Source: a virus. From it: DNA of 64,000 bases. Below, one piece after another: positions 27,905 through 38,400 of this stretch. The stretch's first letter is position 1. Every line of letters begins with the position of its first letter. Under the pieces are notes generated by a model. The model was not told the DNA's origin, searched no databases, and saw only the letters and a program-made list of their open reading frames with translations. The stretch spans positions 45,219 to 109,218 of IMG/VR virus record IMGVR_UViG_3300031227_000018, one strand, 5' to 3'. A program made the position numbers and the translations under genes.

Positions 27905-29306
27905 GAATAATTGTGAGATAGACAGCATGGAAAATTCTTGTGATTTGAGAGAAGAAGAGAATTGGGATTTTGATACAAAAGAAAGGTATGGAAGTCCACG
28001 AGTAAGTTCTGAATATATGGATTGTTCTTTGCCATTGACTTTTGATCAATATTCGTATTGTTCTATGAAGTGCAAATATTGTTTTGCATATTATCAAAAA
28101 GCGATGAATCCGTCTATGCGTTCTGGGATAAAATTAAAGGGGGTTAATGTAGACAAATTGATTAAAATGTTTAAAGGGGAAATACCTGAAGACCCATATT
28201 ATCATAATTTTATTAAAAAGAAGTTCCCATTCCATTGGGGTGGCCTTGCTGATCCGTTTGATATGGTTGAAAAAAAATATAAACTTGGTTTTAAATTATT
28301 GGAAACTTTGGTGGAATTGAATTATCCAGTTATATTTTCTACAAAAGGAACATTACCCTCACAAGAACCCTATTATTCTTTGTTTAAGAATGCTGCAAAA
28401 AATAAGAATTTTGCATTTCAGTTCAGTATTATTGCTAATTCCGATGAGTTATCGAAAAAGATAGATGTTGCAGTTCCGACAACTTCTGAAAGATTACAGT
28501 GCATGAAAACAATGTCAGATTTAGGTTATTGGACTGTATTAAGATTAAGACCTTTTATAGTTGGAATAAGTGATATTGATGTAGAAGAGCTTATAACCCG
28601 TTCTTCTCAAAATGGTGCGAATGCTATTTCCACTGAATTTTATTGTTATGATGCTAGATGTTCAAATAATGTAGAAATAGCAAAAAGATTTAAGGAAATA
28701 TCGCAAATATGTGGTTTTGATATCATCGATTTTTACAAAAAGTTAAGCCCTTCTGAGCGAGGTGGTTATAGGAGATTGAATAGAAATCTTAAAGAAGAGT
28801 ATGTGAAAAGAATGTATACAACCTGTAAGAAGGTTGGTATGCAATTCAATATTTCGGATCCAGATTTTAAAGAACTTAATGACAGCGGTTCTTGTTGTGG
28901 TTTGCCTGAATTAAGGGAACAGTATGACAGTGATTTGGTTAATTGGTCTCGTGGGCAATTAACTTATCATCTCAAGGAATTACGTAAAAGATATTGGGCA
29001 AGTGGAGGTAAAGAAAGGTATTTAAAGATTCGTGATGTGATGGGAGATTCTTATGATGGTTGGTTAAAAGAACCGCGTTTTTATAGTGATAGTCTTAAAA
29101 ATTGGGCAACTTCTTGGGCAAAAGTTAATATGGGTTATAGAGACGAATTCATACAAACATGGAATAATACCAGGAGTTCTGGTAATCCGTACAATTATTT
29201 TCATGGTAAGATTAAACCTTCTTATATTGATGATGATAATAATGTTGTTTTTGAGTATGTTCCCCATGATTATGAGAAGAGGTGGAAAGAAGAAGGGATA
29301 TTGTAA
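27897..29306 (+). CDS. Radical SAM enzyme (spore-photoproduct-lyase-like)
   Basis: DQYSYCSMKCKYCFA (CxxxCxxC), GGLADPF, STKG, RLRPF, late SCCG. Start ATG 27897 after GGAGG. Confidence 0.9.
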   Translation: MDKNNCEIDSMENSCDLREEENWDFDTKERYGSPRVSSEYMDCSLPLTFDQYSYCSMKCKYCFAYYQKAMNPSMRSGIKLKGVNVDKLIKMFKGEIPEDPYYHNFIKKKFPFHWGGLADPFDMVEKKYKLGFKLLETLVELNYPVIFSTKGTLPSQEPYYSLFKNAAKNKNFAFQFSIIANSDELSKKIDVAVPTTSERLQCMKTMSDLGYWTVLRLRPFIVGISDIDVEELITRSSQNGANAISTEFYCYDARCSNNVEIAKRFKEISQICGFDIIDFYKKLSPSERGGYRRLNRNLKEEYVKRMYTTCKKVGMQFNISDPDFKELNDSGSCCGLPELREQYDSDLVNWSRGQLTYHLKELRKRYWASGGKERYLKIRDVMGDSYDGWLKEPRFYSDSLKNWATSWAKVNMGYRDEFIQTWNNTRSSGNPYNYFHGKIKPSYIDDDNNVVFEYVPHDYEKRWKEEGIL

Positions 29307-30044
29307 ATGGGAATAAAATATTGTAGGTCTTGTTGTCAAATGACTAGTCACGGTTTAAATGACAGGTGTTTAAAGTGCGGAAAAAATAATTTAATTCAAA
29401 AAAATATATTGGGGGAAGAATGTTGGGTTAGAAAAGATACTTGGGATGAAAATATTTTTAAAGAAATGGGATTGTATTTGAAAAAGATTTCTTTAACTCC
29501 TGAGGATGTCTGGCTGGATGTAGGCGGTAACATAGGGAGTTTTTGTAAAAAAATTGCCAAAGAAGTTGCCACTGTTATTGCTTATGAGCCAGATGAAAAT
29601 AATTTTGAACTTTTAAAGAAAAATAATGAAGAAAGTGATAATATTATTTTTGTAAATAAAGCTGTTATTGGAAATGCTGATATTGTGAGGGATTTTTATT
29701 TGAATCAAAAAACCAATAAGAGTACACATTCTTTTTTTGTTAAACGTGGAAGGGAACGCGTTGAGGTTGGATGTGAGAATGTTAATGAGATAATTCAAAA
29801 GTATAAAGTTGATAAAATAAAAATTGATTGTGAGGGGAGTGAGTACGAAATCATAAAATCTATTGTTGATTTTTCTTCAATTAAAGAAATATTTGTGGAA
29901 TTTCATTTAAATATTTTATGTAAAAAGAATGATTTAACTAAGTACAGGGAAGTTATTAAAATCCTTAAAAAGAATTTTGCGTATTTGGAGTATCCGGAGG
30001 ATGTTAAAAAAAATTGGCATGTTTATATTTATGTGAAAAAATAA
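29307..30044 (+). CDS. FkbM-family SAM methyltransferase with N-terminal zinc ribbon
   Basis: LDVGGNIG, AYEPD..N..LL..N, IKIDCEGSEY, VEFH; CRSC..CLKC at the N-terminus. Confidence 0.9.
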   Translation: MGIKYCRSCCQMTSHGLNDRCLKCGKNNLIQKNILGEECWVRKDTWDENIFKEMGLYLKKISLTPEDVWLDVGGNIGSFCKKIAKEVATVIAYEPDENNFELLKKNNEESDNIIFVNKAVIGNADIVRDFYLNQKTNKSTHSFFVKRGRERVEVGCENVNEIIQKYKVDKIKIDCEGSEYEIIKSIVDFSSIKEIFVEFHLNILCKKNDLTKYREVIKILKKNFAYLEYPEDVKKNWHVYIYVKK

Positions 30045-31214
30045 ATGAGATATATACATTCACAAAATAAAGATAAAGAATTTATCGATTGGAGAAACCC
30101 TTCTAGAAGGAAAGAAGGGTTTTTAAAGTGGTTAAAATGGAGAATGCGGTATGGAGATTTGGACCATTACGTTTGTAATAATTCCTACAGGGATGCAATT
30201 GGCAAAATGTCTCCAACTGGTAAATCAATGACTAAGGAGCAGGCGCATTGGTTTTCTTTAATTTTTGGTATGACTTATCAATCAGAAATGGCGTGGGTTA
30301 TTTATTGGAATTTTCCTGATTTTTGGTCTATCAACATTGAAGAGTTAGAAAAATGGAATTTGGATAATATTGATCGACAAAGGTATGCTCGTGATACTAA
30401 ATATAATAAAGGGAGGATCGTTAGTCAAGTCAAGTCCCTCCAAAATGAAATTGGTCCTTCCGGTTCTATTGAAAAGTTTTTTGGTGAATCATTGAGTGAT
30501 GATGAAAATGAGTCTTTTGAAAAAGTTTTTAATTCTTGTATGAGGTTTCATAAGTATGGAGGTATGACTTCTTGGTTGACTTGTCAGTTGTTATTCGAAA
30601 CTGCCAATGTACCGATTAAACCTGACACCGTCAGAGCCACCACACCTTGGAATTGGTCAGTAAGGTCGGGTTTGATGTATGCTTATAATAGGGACGATAA
30701 GATTGAAGCTACTTGTAAGGATGTTGAGTTTTGTGATAAAGATATTGAACAAATAAAAGAGTATGAAAAAGAGTTGTATGAGTTAGCGAAAGATTGTATT
30801 GATGAAAATGATAAAAAGATTTTTTCAAATTATTTATTAGAATCTCATTTGTGTCAATATAAAAAGTTAATGTTAGGAGGTGATTATGCTGGTCATTCTT
30901 CTGGAGATCACTTTTCAAGGGCACTTTGGTTATCTGAACGGTGGCCTGAAGTAAATTTTGATGTATTTTTTAAAGAAGCAATAAAAAAACATTGTCCGAT
31001 TGTAAGGGGAAAAAGGGAGAGTAAACAGCTTCGGTTTGTTTGTTCTAAGACAGGTCAGATGATAAATATGCATGAGGACTTTCAGGAATTGCCTAATATG
31101 TATTTGGAATTGGGAATAAATCCTGATTGGTTTTATACTAAAGAATATGACGAAGAAGTGGGAAGTAGAGTTGATAGTTATGCAAATAAAATTTATAATT
31201 CTAATTGGTGGTGA
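30045..31214 (+). CDS. Amino acid:DNA transferase (aGPT-Pplase2 clade) DNA-hypermodification enzyme
   Basis: DWR..RRKE.FL, WFSLIFG.TY, FPDF, D.KYNKG, F.KYG.MTSW, SVRSGL, LES.LCQYKK. Confidence 0.75.
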   Translation: MRYIHSQNKDKEFIDWRNPSRRKEGFLKWLKWRMRYGDLDHYVCNNSYRDAIGKMSPTGKSMTKEQAHWFSLIFGMTYQSEMAWVIYWNFPDFWSINIEELEKWNLDNIDRQRYARDTKYNKGRIVSQVKSLQNEIGPSGSIEKFFGESLSDDENESFEKVFNSCMRFHKYGGMTSWLTCQLLFETANVPIKPDTVRATTPWNWSVRSGLMYAYNRDDKIEATCKDVEFCDKDIEQIKEYEKELYELAKDCIDENDKKIFSNYLLESHLCQYKKLMLGGDYAGHSSGDHFSRALWLSERWPEVNFDVFFKEAIKKHCPIVRGKRESKQLRFVCSKTGQMINMHEDFQELPNMYLELGINPDWFYTKEYDEEVGSRVDSYANKIYNSNWW

Positions 31215-31228
31215 AAGGAAGGGGTAAA

Positions 31229-31606
31229 ATGATTAACACTTATGATCTTGATGGGGTTGTTTATTTAGGAGATGATTATGATGGTATTTATCCAGGTAGA
31301 GAAGACATCATTATAACGGGGAGAAGTATTGAGGAAGCGAAGTCTACGCATGAAATGTTGAGGTTGAGGTGCATTTATAGTCATGTGTTTTTTAACCCAA
31401 TTCCATTCAGTGCAAAAACTAGAGAATCTTCTGGTTATCATAAAGTTAATGTGATTAAAATGTTGATTGAAAGCGGTTATGAACATGGCCTTCATTTTGA
31501 TGATGATGAAATTCAGATCAAAATAATCAAAGAGCTCCTTCCCAATGTTCGTGTTGTGCATGTAGTTTCTGATATTGTTGAGAAGGAAAATGTTAGACAT
31601 GATTGA
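31229..31606 (+). CDS. Small HAD-superfamily phosphatase
   Basis: YDLDGV, IITGRS, K, HFDDD motifs. Confidence 0.8.
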   Translation: MINTYDLDGVVYLGDDYDGIYPGREDIIITGRSIEEAKSTHEMLRLRCIYSHVFFNPIPFSAKTRESSGYHKVNVIKMLIESGYEHGLHFDDDEIQIKIIKELLPNVRVVHVVSDIVEKENVRHD

Positions 31607-32099
31607 GGGCAAAATGTTAGAAATAGAAAAGAGAATAGTTATTGAACCTGAAAGTGTTGTTTGGAATCAGAAGGTAAAGGAGTGGTGCGGTCTTCCGTAT
31701 TATGATAAAAAAAATGGATGTCCAAATTTCAATAAACGTAAGGGATGTCCGATGGATAATAAGAATATAGATGAAATTTTAGATGTCAATAAAAAAACTT
31801 ATATTGTGGGTGTTGTTTTTAATTTAAAAGAATATCGCGATGAAATGAAGAAAAAACATTCAAATTGGACATATCGACAATTAAACAATGTGATATATTG
31901 GCAAGGATCAATTTTTGGAAAAATGAAAAGGGAAGTCAATAAGTTTTCATTGATGAATCCTGGTTTAAAAATTGTTTATAAGCCAGAAGCATATGGAGTT
32001 AATTTAACAAAGATGTTATTGAATTCGGGTGTTCCGATAAACTGGAAGTACCCGTTGAGAAAGATTTATATTGTGGCGTTATTAGGAGGAAAAATATGA
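31599..32099 (+). CDS. DUF2284-like metal-binding protein
   Basis: WC..GCPNFN...CP and PEAYGVNL.KM motifs. Confidence 0.65.
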   Translation: MIEGKMLEIEKRIVIEPESVVWNQKVKEWCGLPYYDKKNGCPNFNKRKGCPMDNKNIDEILDVNKKTYIVGVVFNLKEYRDEMKKKHSNWTYRQLNNVIYWQGSIFGKMKREVNKFSLMNPGLKIVYKPEAYGVNLTKMLLNSGVPINWKYPLRKIYIVALLGGKI

Positions 32100-32614
32100 A
32101 AGAATTTATTGCAGTTATTGGTCAAAGTGCATGTGGTAAAACAACATTTGTTCAAAATGAATTTATTGGGGCAAATGAGATGGTGTTAAATAAAGATCCA
32201 CTTTTACATACTGTTGTTAATGATTGTTGTTTATTGGGGGATTATGTTACGTCTGTGAGGACAAAAGGTACTGACAGGTTTTCTTATTCTATTTTACCAG
32301 ATTTGATTGAGTTTATAAAAAATAAAAAAGATGAATACAATCGTTTTGTCGCAGAAGGTGATAGAATAAATTGTGAAAGATTCTTCCAGTCTTTAAAAGA
32401 TTTGAAATTGAATGTTACGGTTTATGTTTTTTTATGTGATGTTAATTTGAGCGTTCAGCGTAGAGTTGATTCTGGTTCAAAACCTTCAGAGCAATTTGTA
32501 AGGGCAACTCAAACTAAAACTTTAAGAATGAAAAAAATGGTAGAATCTTTAGGGTTTAAAGTTATTGTTGAAGATTCTAGAACAGAAAACAATATCAAAC
32601 ATGGATGGTGGTGA
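32096..32614 (+). CDS. P-loop nucleotide/DNA kinase of the type linked to base-modification clusters
   Basis: GQSACGKTT, LGDY..KGTDRFS, EGDRI, RR..GS motifs. Confidence 0.75.
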   Translation: MKEFIAVIGQSACGKTTFVQNEFIGANEMVLNKDPLLHTVVNDCCLLGDYVTSVRTKGTDRFSYSILPDLIEFIKNKKDEYNRFVAEGDRINCERFFQSLKDLKLNVTVYVFLCDVNLSVQRRVDSGSKPSEQFVRATQTKTLRMKKMVESLGFKVIVEDSRTENNIKHGWW

Positions 32615-32617
32615 CTT

Positions 32618-32998
32618 ATGCGTGAAGAACTTGAAGCAAAAATGTTTTGTCAATTATTATATAAAGAGGGGTATGTTGAAGGTACGTCTGGTAATTTAAG
32701 TTTTAGAGATAGAAGTAGAGTTAAAATAACTCGTACAGGTTGTACATTGGATGATCCATTTTTTGTTGATACAGAAAGTTTTGAGGCTTCATCTGATGTT
32801 AATTTACATAAAGAAATTTATCGATTGACGGATAGTGATTGGATTTTTCATGTTCATAAAGACCTTAAATTAAAATTTCTTTTGACAGATAAAGATTTGG
32901 ATCTTCATTGGTTTAATGTAAGAGATCATGGGGTTTGGGTTGGATGTGGAGTTGATATAAAAATTTATAGAATTCTTGAAGATGAGGGAATTTTATAA
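32618..32998 (+). CDS. Minimal class II aldolase/adducin-family protein
   Basis: GTSGNLSFR, ITRTG, ASSD..LH..IY, FHVH, HGV. Confidence 0.8.
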   Translation: MREELEAKMFCQLLYKEGYVEGTSGNLSFRDRSRVKITRTGCTLDDPFFVDTESFEASSDVNLHKEIYRLTDSDWIFHVHKDLKLKFLLTDKDLDLHWFNVRDHGVWVGCGVDIKIYRILEDEGIL

Positions 32999-33030
32999 GG
33001 GTAGGTGATGATATGAAATTTAAAAAGTAG

Positions 33031-33067
33031 AATAGTTTTTTATTTTTATTCTAGTTTAAAGTAGAGT
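33031..33067 (+). promoter_or_regulatory. Conserved phage promoter P5 (TTTATT-N17-TAGAGT)
   Basis: Motif copy upstream of the replicative helicase. Confidence 0.7.
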
Positions 33068-33075
33068 GAGGGGAT

Positions 33076-34530
33076 ATGAATTTAGACAACAGATTTCCGT
33101 TCGAGTTGGCCCTGCAAAGAACTATTTTAAAAGTAATGTTCAAAAACGAAACATTTTTTTTAAAATGTATGTCGCATTTGAAAAGTGAATATTTTGAGAA
33201 TCAATATTTATCTTGGCTTTATAAACTTATTGTTAGTTATTATAAAGAATACAAAACACTTCCATCAATGGAAACTGTTAGAAATGAAATATTGAAGTTT
33301 GAAGTTAAGGATCGAATATTGTATGAGAAAGTTTATGATGATATATTGGCAACTGACTACAAGGATTTGGAATATCTTTATCATGAATTGACTGGGTTTG
33401 CAAAGAGAGCTTATTTTGTTGACAATATAAAGCGAACCTTAAGTCTTTATAATGAAGGTAATCGCAATAATGCATATCGTCATATGAAGGAGTTTTCTCA
33501 AAGTTTGTCGGAAATAGATTTTGAAGAAAGTGACTTATTTGATTATTCGAATTTGTTTCCATTATTGGAAGGTCTTCGTTCTCCGAAATTTAGAATGCCA
33601 CTATCTATAAAACCTTTTGACGAAGTTATGGCTGGGGGGATGCCAAAAGGTCGGTTGATGTTGATATTGGCAGGCGTGAGTCAAGGTAAGTCGATGGTTT
33701 TAACTAATTTGGGGAAAAATTTTATTCAAAAAGATAAGAAGGTGTTGTTTATTACGTTGGAGAATCCAGAGGATGAGCAAATAACTCGTTTTTTGTCTCC
33801 TATGACGGATATATCTCAAGATGATTTTAATAAAAGAGAATTGACTGATGATGAAAAAGTCAAGGTTATAATGGCGAAGGAAAAGATGGAAAAGAATCTG
33901 TTTTTAAAAAGTTGGTATGAAGATTCCTTGACTATTGAACATATTGTTAATTATTGTAAAGTGAGACATGCAATGGATCCGTATGACGTTTTAATTATAG
34001 ATTACGTCCAGTTGATTAAACAAAGGGCATCGGAGCGCATGCGTGACCTGTGGGCTATCCAGGGTGATATTGTGAAGGGTTTGCAGAATTTAGCAAGGAA
34101 TTTGAATATTTGCGTTATAAGTGCTGCTCAGATCAATAGGTCAGCAATGCAAAAGACTCGCAAGAGTAAAGGGTTCAAAGATTTGACTCGGATGACTGAT
34201 GTTGGTGAATCTTATAATCAAGTTAAGATAGCCGATATTGTTCTTACTTTAACTGTTTCAGATGCTGATTATAAGAATAGTGTTATGCGAATGTTGTTGG
34301 ATAAACATCGTGGGGGTGAAAAAGGTATCTTGGTTGAGGTTGAGGTTGATTTTCCAACTCAAAAAATATTCAGTCCGGATTTGCGATGTAGAAAGTTGAA
34401 ATGGTCAGATGCACTTAATCCCTCAGGAAATAGAGATCCAAAAGATTTGGATGAAGAACCTGAGAGTGAAGAAAGCGGGACTGATAATGTGAAGGTGTCG
34501 GAGGCTGAAATTGAAAAACTCTTATCATAA
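33076..34530 (+). CDS. dnaB: DnaB-like replicative helicase
   Basis: AGVSQGKS, FITLE, IIDYVQL, SAAQINR, KHRGG. Confidence 0.9.
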   Translation: MNLDNRFPFELALQRTILKVMFKNETFFLKCMSHLKSEYFENQYLSWLYKLIVSYYKEYKTLPSMETVRNEILKFEVKDRILYEKVYDDILATDYKDLEYLYHELTGFAKRAYFVDNIKRTLSLYNEGNRNNAYRHMKEFSQSLSEIDFEESDLFDYSNLFPLLEGLRSPKFRMPLSIKPFDEVMAGGMPKGRLMLILAGVSQGKSMVLTNLGKNFIQKDKKVLFITLENPEDEQITRFLSPMTDISQDDFNKRELTDDEKVKVIMAKEKMEKNLFLKSWYEDSLTIEHIVNYCKVRHAMDPYDVLIIDYVQLIKQRASERMRDLWAIQGDIVKGLQNLARNLNICVISAAQINRSAMQKTRKSKGFKDLTRMTDVGESYNQVKIADIVLTLTVSDADYKNSVMRMLLDKHRGGEKGILVEVEVDFPTQKIFSPDLRCRKLKWSDALNPSGNRDPKDLDEEPESEESGTDNVKVSEAEIEKLLS

Positions 34531-35488
34531 TCAACAAGATGTATTGAGTTTTGATTTAAAAGGGTTGTTGTCTTCCCATTTCAATAATTATTGTGAAAAC
34601 AATAACAGCTATTATATGGCATGTCCTTTTTGTGGAAAAAAAAATAAGTTTTATATTCAGAAAAAATACAAGTATTTTATATGTTTTGTATGTGAAGAAA
34701 AGGGGAGCATTTATAGACTCCTTGCACATTTAAAAAATATTCCGTCTAAAGAAGCGTATAAGATAATACATAAAATTAAAGAAGAGAATTTGTCGTATGA
34801 TGATGAATTGAAATTGAAGTTTGTTGATGAAGTTTATGAATCTGAATCTGATGTTTTGAATTTGGATTTGAGTTCTTTGGGATTTTATTCATTGTTAAAA
34901 TTCAAAGAAAATCACGAAGCAAGGGAATATATAGCTCATCGCGGTTTAGATGATAATATGATACAGCATTTTAATTTACATTATTGTGATAGAACTAAGA
35001 GGGTGATTTTTCCTGTTGAATTTGAGGACAAAATTGTTGGATATCAAGCTCGTGATATAACGGGAGAACAAGAACCGAAGATTCTTTCTTCAAAAGGTTT
35101 TCAAAAGACTAGGTTTTTGTATAACTACAACAAGTTGCTCTATGATTTACCAGATTATGTTGTTTTAGTGGAAGGGCCAATAGATTGTATAAAGTCGTAT
35201 GAGTATAATTCTGTGGCATTATTTGGTAAACACATGTCAAAAGATCAGCTTCATTTATTATTGAAAATACCGACTTTAAAAAAAGTGTATATAGCTTTGG
35301 ATCCGGAAGAAGAAGAGGGTCGGTTTGAGATGATGAAAGATTTATCTGCTTTTTGGGAAACGCTGCTCGTTCCTGTGGAAATTGGCAAAGATATAGGGAT
35401 GTATAGTTCTTGGGAAATTGGAATGTTATTGAAAAGATCTCAGTCGATATTTGATTTTGGAGATCAACTAAATATAGAAGATAAATAG
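34511..35488 (+). CDS. DNA primase (Zn finger + Toprim)
   Basis: CPFC..CFVC, RVIFP, GYQAR, VEGPID, ALD. Confidence 0.9.
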   Translation: MKNSYHNQQDVLSFDLKGLLSSHFNNYCENNNSYYMACPFCGKKNKFYIQKKYKYFICFVCEEKGSIYRLLAHLKNIPSKEAYKIIHKIKEENLSYDDELKLKFVDEVYESESDVLNLDLSSLGFYSLLKFKENHEAREYIAHRGLDDNMIQHFNLHYCDRTKRVIFPVEFEDKIVGYQARDITGEQEPKILSSKGFQKTRFLYNYNKLLYDLPDYVVLVEGPIDCIKSYEYNSVALFGKHMSKDQLHLLLKIPTLKKVYIALDPEEEEGRFEMMKDLSAFWETLLVPVEIGKDIGMYSSWEIGMLLKRSQSIFDFGDQLNIEDK

Positions 35489-35496
35489 AGGTTACA

Positions 35497-38400
35497 GTGG
35501 TGAAACCATCTTATGTTGCTCTTCATTGTCATAGCACTTATTCATTCATGGATGGTGTTGGTACCATTGAGGAATGGGTAAAAGGTGCAAAAGAAAAAGG
35601 TGTTGCTGGTTTGGCGATTACCGATCATGGCGATGCCTCATCTATGTTAGAGCTGTATGGGTTGGGGAAGAAACATGGTTTACCTGTTGTTTTGGGTTGT
35701 GAATTTTATATAGCAATGTCAAAGGAGAAGGATAAGAATGACAGATATTCTCATGTTGTAGTTTGGGCAAAGAATGAAATTGGGTACAAAAATATTTGTA
35801 GATTGACGTATTTATCTTATCAAGATGAGAATTTTTATTATAAACCGAGAATAACATTCGATGATTTAGTCAAGCATAAAGAGGGCCTTATTGTTGGTTC
35901 AGCTTGTGTGAAGGGTGTTATTGCAAAATATATAAATGATTTATCTGATGTTGATAATGAAGATGCGATAAACCTTGTAAATTCTTTTAAAGAAGCGTTT
36001 GGTGAAGATTTTTATTTAGAGATTCAACATGGCGATTTGACATATGAATGGGATGAAAAGAAAGAACAATTTTATAAAGCAAAATCAGTTAATATACAGG
36101 AAACTATCAATAGAGTTATTTGTCAATTGGGTAAAAAATGTGGTGTTAAAGTTATAGCAACTCCTGACGCTCATATGATTGATAAAGATCAGAAGATTGT
36201 TCAAGACGTTCAATTGAAAAATTATTTTAAAGATAAAAGAATGTACCATGAAATTTATTATTTGCCAACACGTGAAGAATTTATAGGAATGTTCAATGAA
36301 AAGCATCCATACATTCCCAATGAAGATTTGGATATTTATTTGGATAATACTTATGAGATTTTGAATAAGTGTAAAGATTTAAATCTTAAGTTTGATTACA
36401 ATTTGCCAAAAGTGGATGCAGCTAAGGTTCATGGTATTTGGGGTTTAATAGAAGAAAAAGGCATTATAGATATGAAGAACGAGGTTTACACTCATAGAAT
36501 AAAAGATGAATTGGAAGTTATTATTAATAATGGGGTACTCAATTTATTGCCCTATTTTATTGTGTTAGAAGAATTGGTTGAATGGTGTGAACGAAATGAT
36601 ATTCTGGTCGGTCCAGGAAGGGGTTCGGCTGCGGGTTGTTTATTAAATTATGCTTTGGGTATAACCAAAGTTGACCCCATCAAGTATGGTTTACCCTTTA
36701 GTCGGTTTTTGAATTTAGCGAGAGTTCAAGAAGGGACTTTGCCCGATATTGATTTAGATTTTAGTGATCAGCAAGTGGTGAAGGATTATTTGGTTAAAAA
36801 ATATGGCAGGGAATACGTTTTTAATATTTGCGTTAATCAAACCTTAAAAGCTCGATCAGCTTTTAAGGATATAATCAGGGTGATGGCTCCTGAAGTTAGT
36901 GCAGATAAAGCTAATCAATTGAGTAAAATGATTATTTTTTCCTCTGAAACTAATCAAAAACAGGTTTTAAAAGAATCGTTGAATAAAAATCCTAAATTGA
37001 AATCGTTTTTGATAAATAATAGGGAAGTTTTTATAGCAATCACTAAGTTGATTGGACAAGTGAGGCAAAGGGGAACTCATCCTTCTGCTGTGGTTATGTC
37101 TAAGGTTCCTGTTTACGAGGTGGTTCCTGTTGCCAAGAATAGAAATAGTGGCGAATACGTTACTCAATATACCATGGAATGGTGTGAAAAAGCTGGATTA
37201 ATTAAGAATGATATATTGGGCCTCAAGACATTGAAAGATGTTTCTGGATGTAGAAAATTGATAATGGGCAAATACAAGAAGGATATTGATGTTTTTAATT
37301 TAGATTTTGAGGATGAAAAGGTTTTTAAGGAATTTGAAAAATGCAACACTGATACAGTTTTTCAATTTAACACTGATTTAGTGAAAGGCATTTTAGGTAG
37401 AGTTAAGATTAAGAGTTTAGAAGATTTGTCTGTTGTAACTTCTTTGGGTCGCCCAGGTCCGATGGATATGGGTATGCATAAAATTTATATATCATGTTCT
37501 AATGATTTGGAAGAAGTTGTTTATCCACATGATTCATTGAGAACATTGTTGAAAAGTACTTTCGGTATTATGGTGTATCAAGAGCAAGTGATGGAAGCAG
37601 TGAAAATTTTAGGTGGTTTTACCGATGTAGAAGCGGATAATATTCGTAGGGCGATGGGTAAGAAAAAGATTGAATTATTGAATGAAGTTAAGGATAAATT
37701 TATAGAATATGCAGTCAATAAATATTCAGATATAGATAATGGTAAAGCAAACAAGTTGTGGGATTTGATTTATTCGTTTGGTCGATACGGCTTTTGTCAT
37801 GCTCATGCCATTTCTTATTCAATGTTGGCTTATATATGCATGTGGTTAAAAGTTTATTATCCATTGGAATGGTGGAGTTCAGTTCTTAGCAATGAAGGGG
37901 ATGCAGACACTGTTAAGGAGTATTATGTAAAGAATAAAGAGATGTTTATTATGCCAGATATAAATAAAAGTAAGGATACATATATAGTTGATGGTGATAA
38001 GATAGTCATACCGTTGATTTTTTTGACGAGGATAGGTGAGAAAGCTGTTATAGAAATCATTAAAAGACAACCGTATTCTAGTTTTAGGGATTTTTTGAAT
38101 AGAACAGATAGGCGTTTGATAAATAAAAAAGTTGTGATGAATTTGGTATGGTCAGATGTTTTTAGCAATGTAAATCGAGGTGACAGCAATAAGGAATTAC
38201 TAAAAGAATATTATTATTTTATGGCGAACGGGAAGAGTAGGCCTCAGATTGCAAAGATTTTGGAAGAATATTCTAAAGACATTGAATCATTGAATAGATT
38301 TGATATAATCAATAAAAAGATTGAGAGTTGCCCCATTTATGATGTAAATTGTCAAGAATATTTTAAAGATTATTTTAGTAAGGATGTAGTGTCTTTAGAT

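Noticed and set aside
38353-38376. QEYFKDYF in DnaE as a PIP box
   Set aside because: It fits Qxxhxxaa loosely but falls in the normally structured segment before the OB fold; not supportable without modelling.
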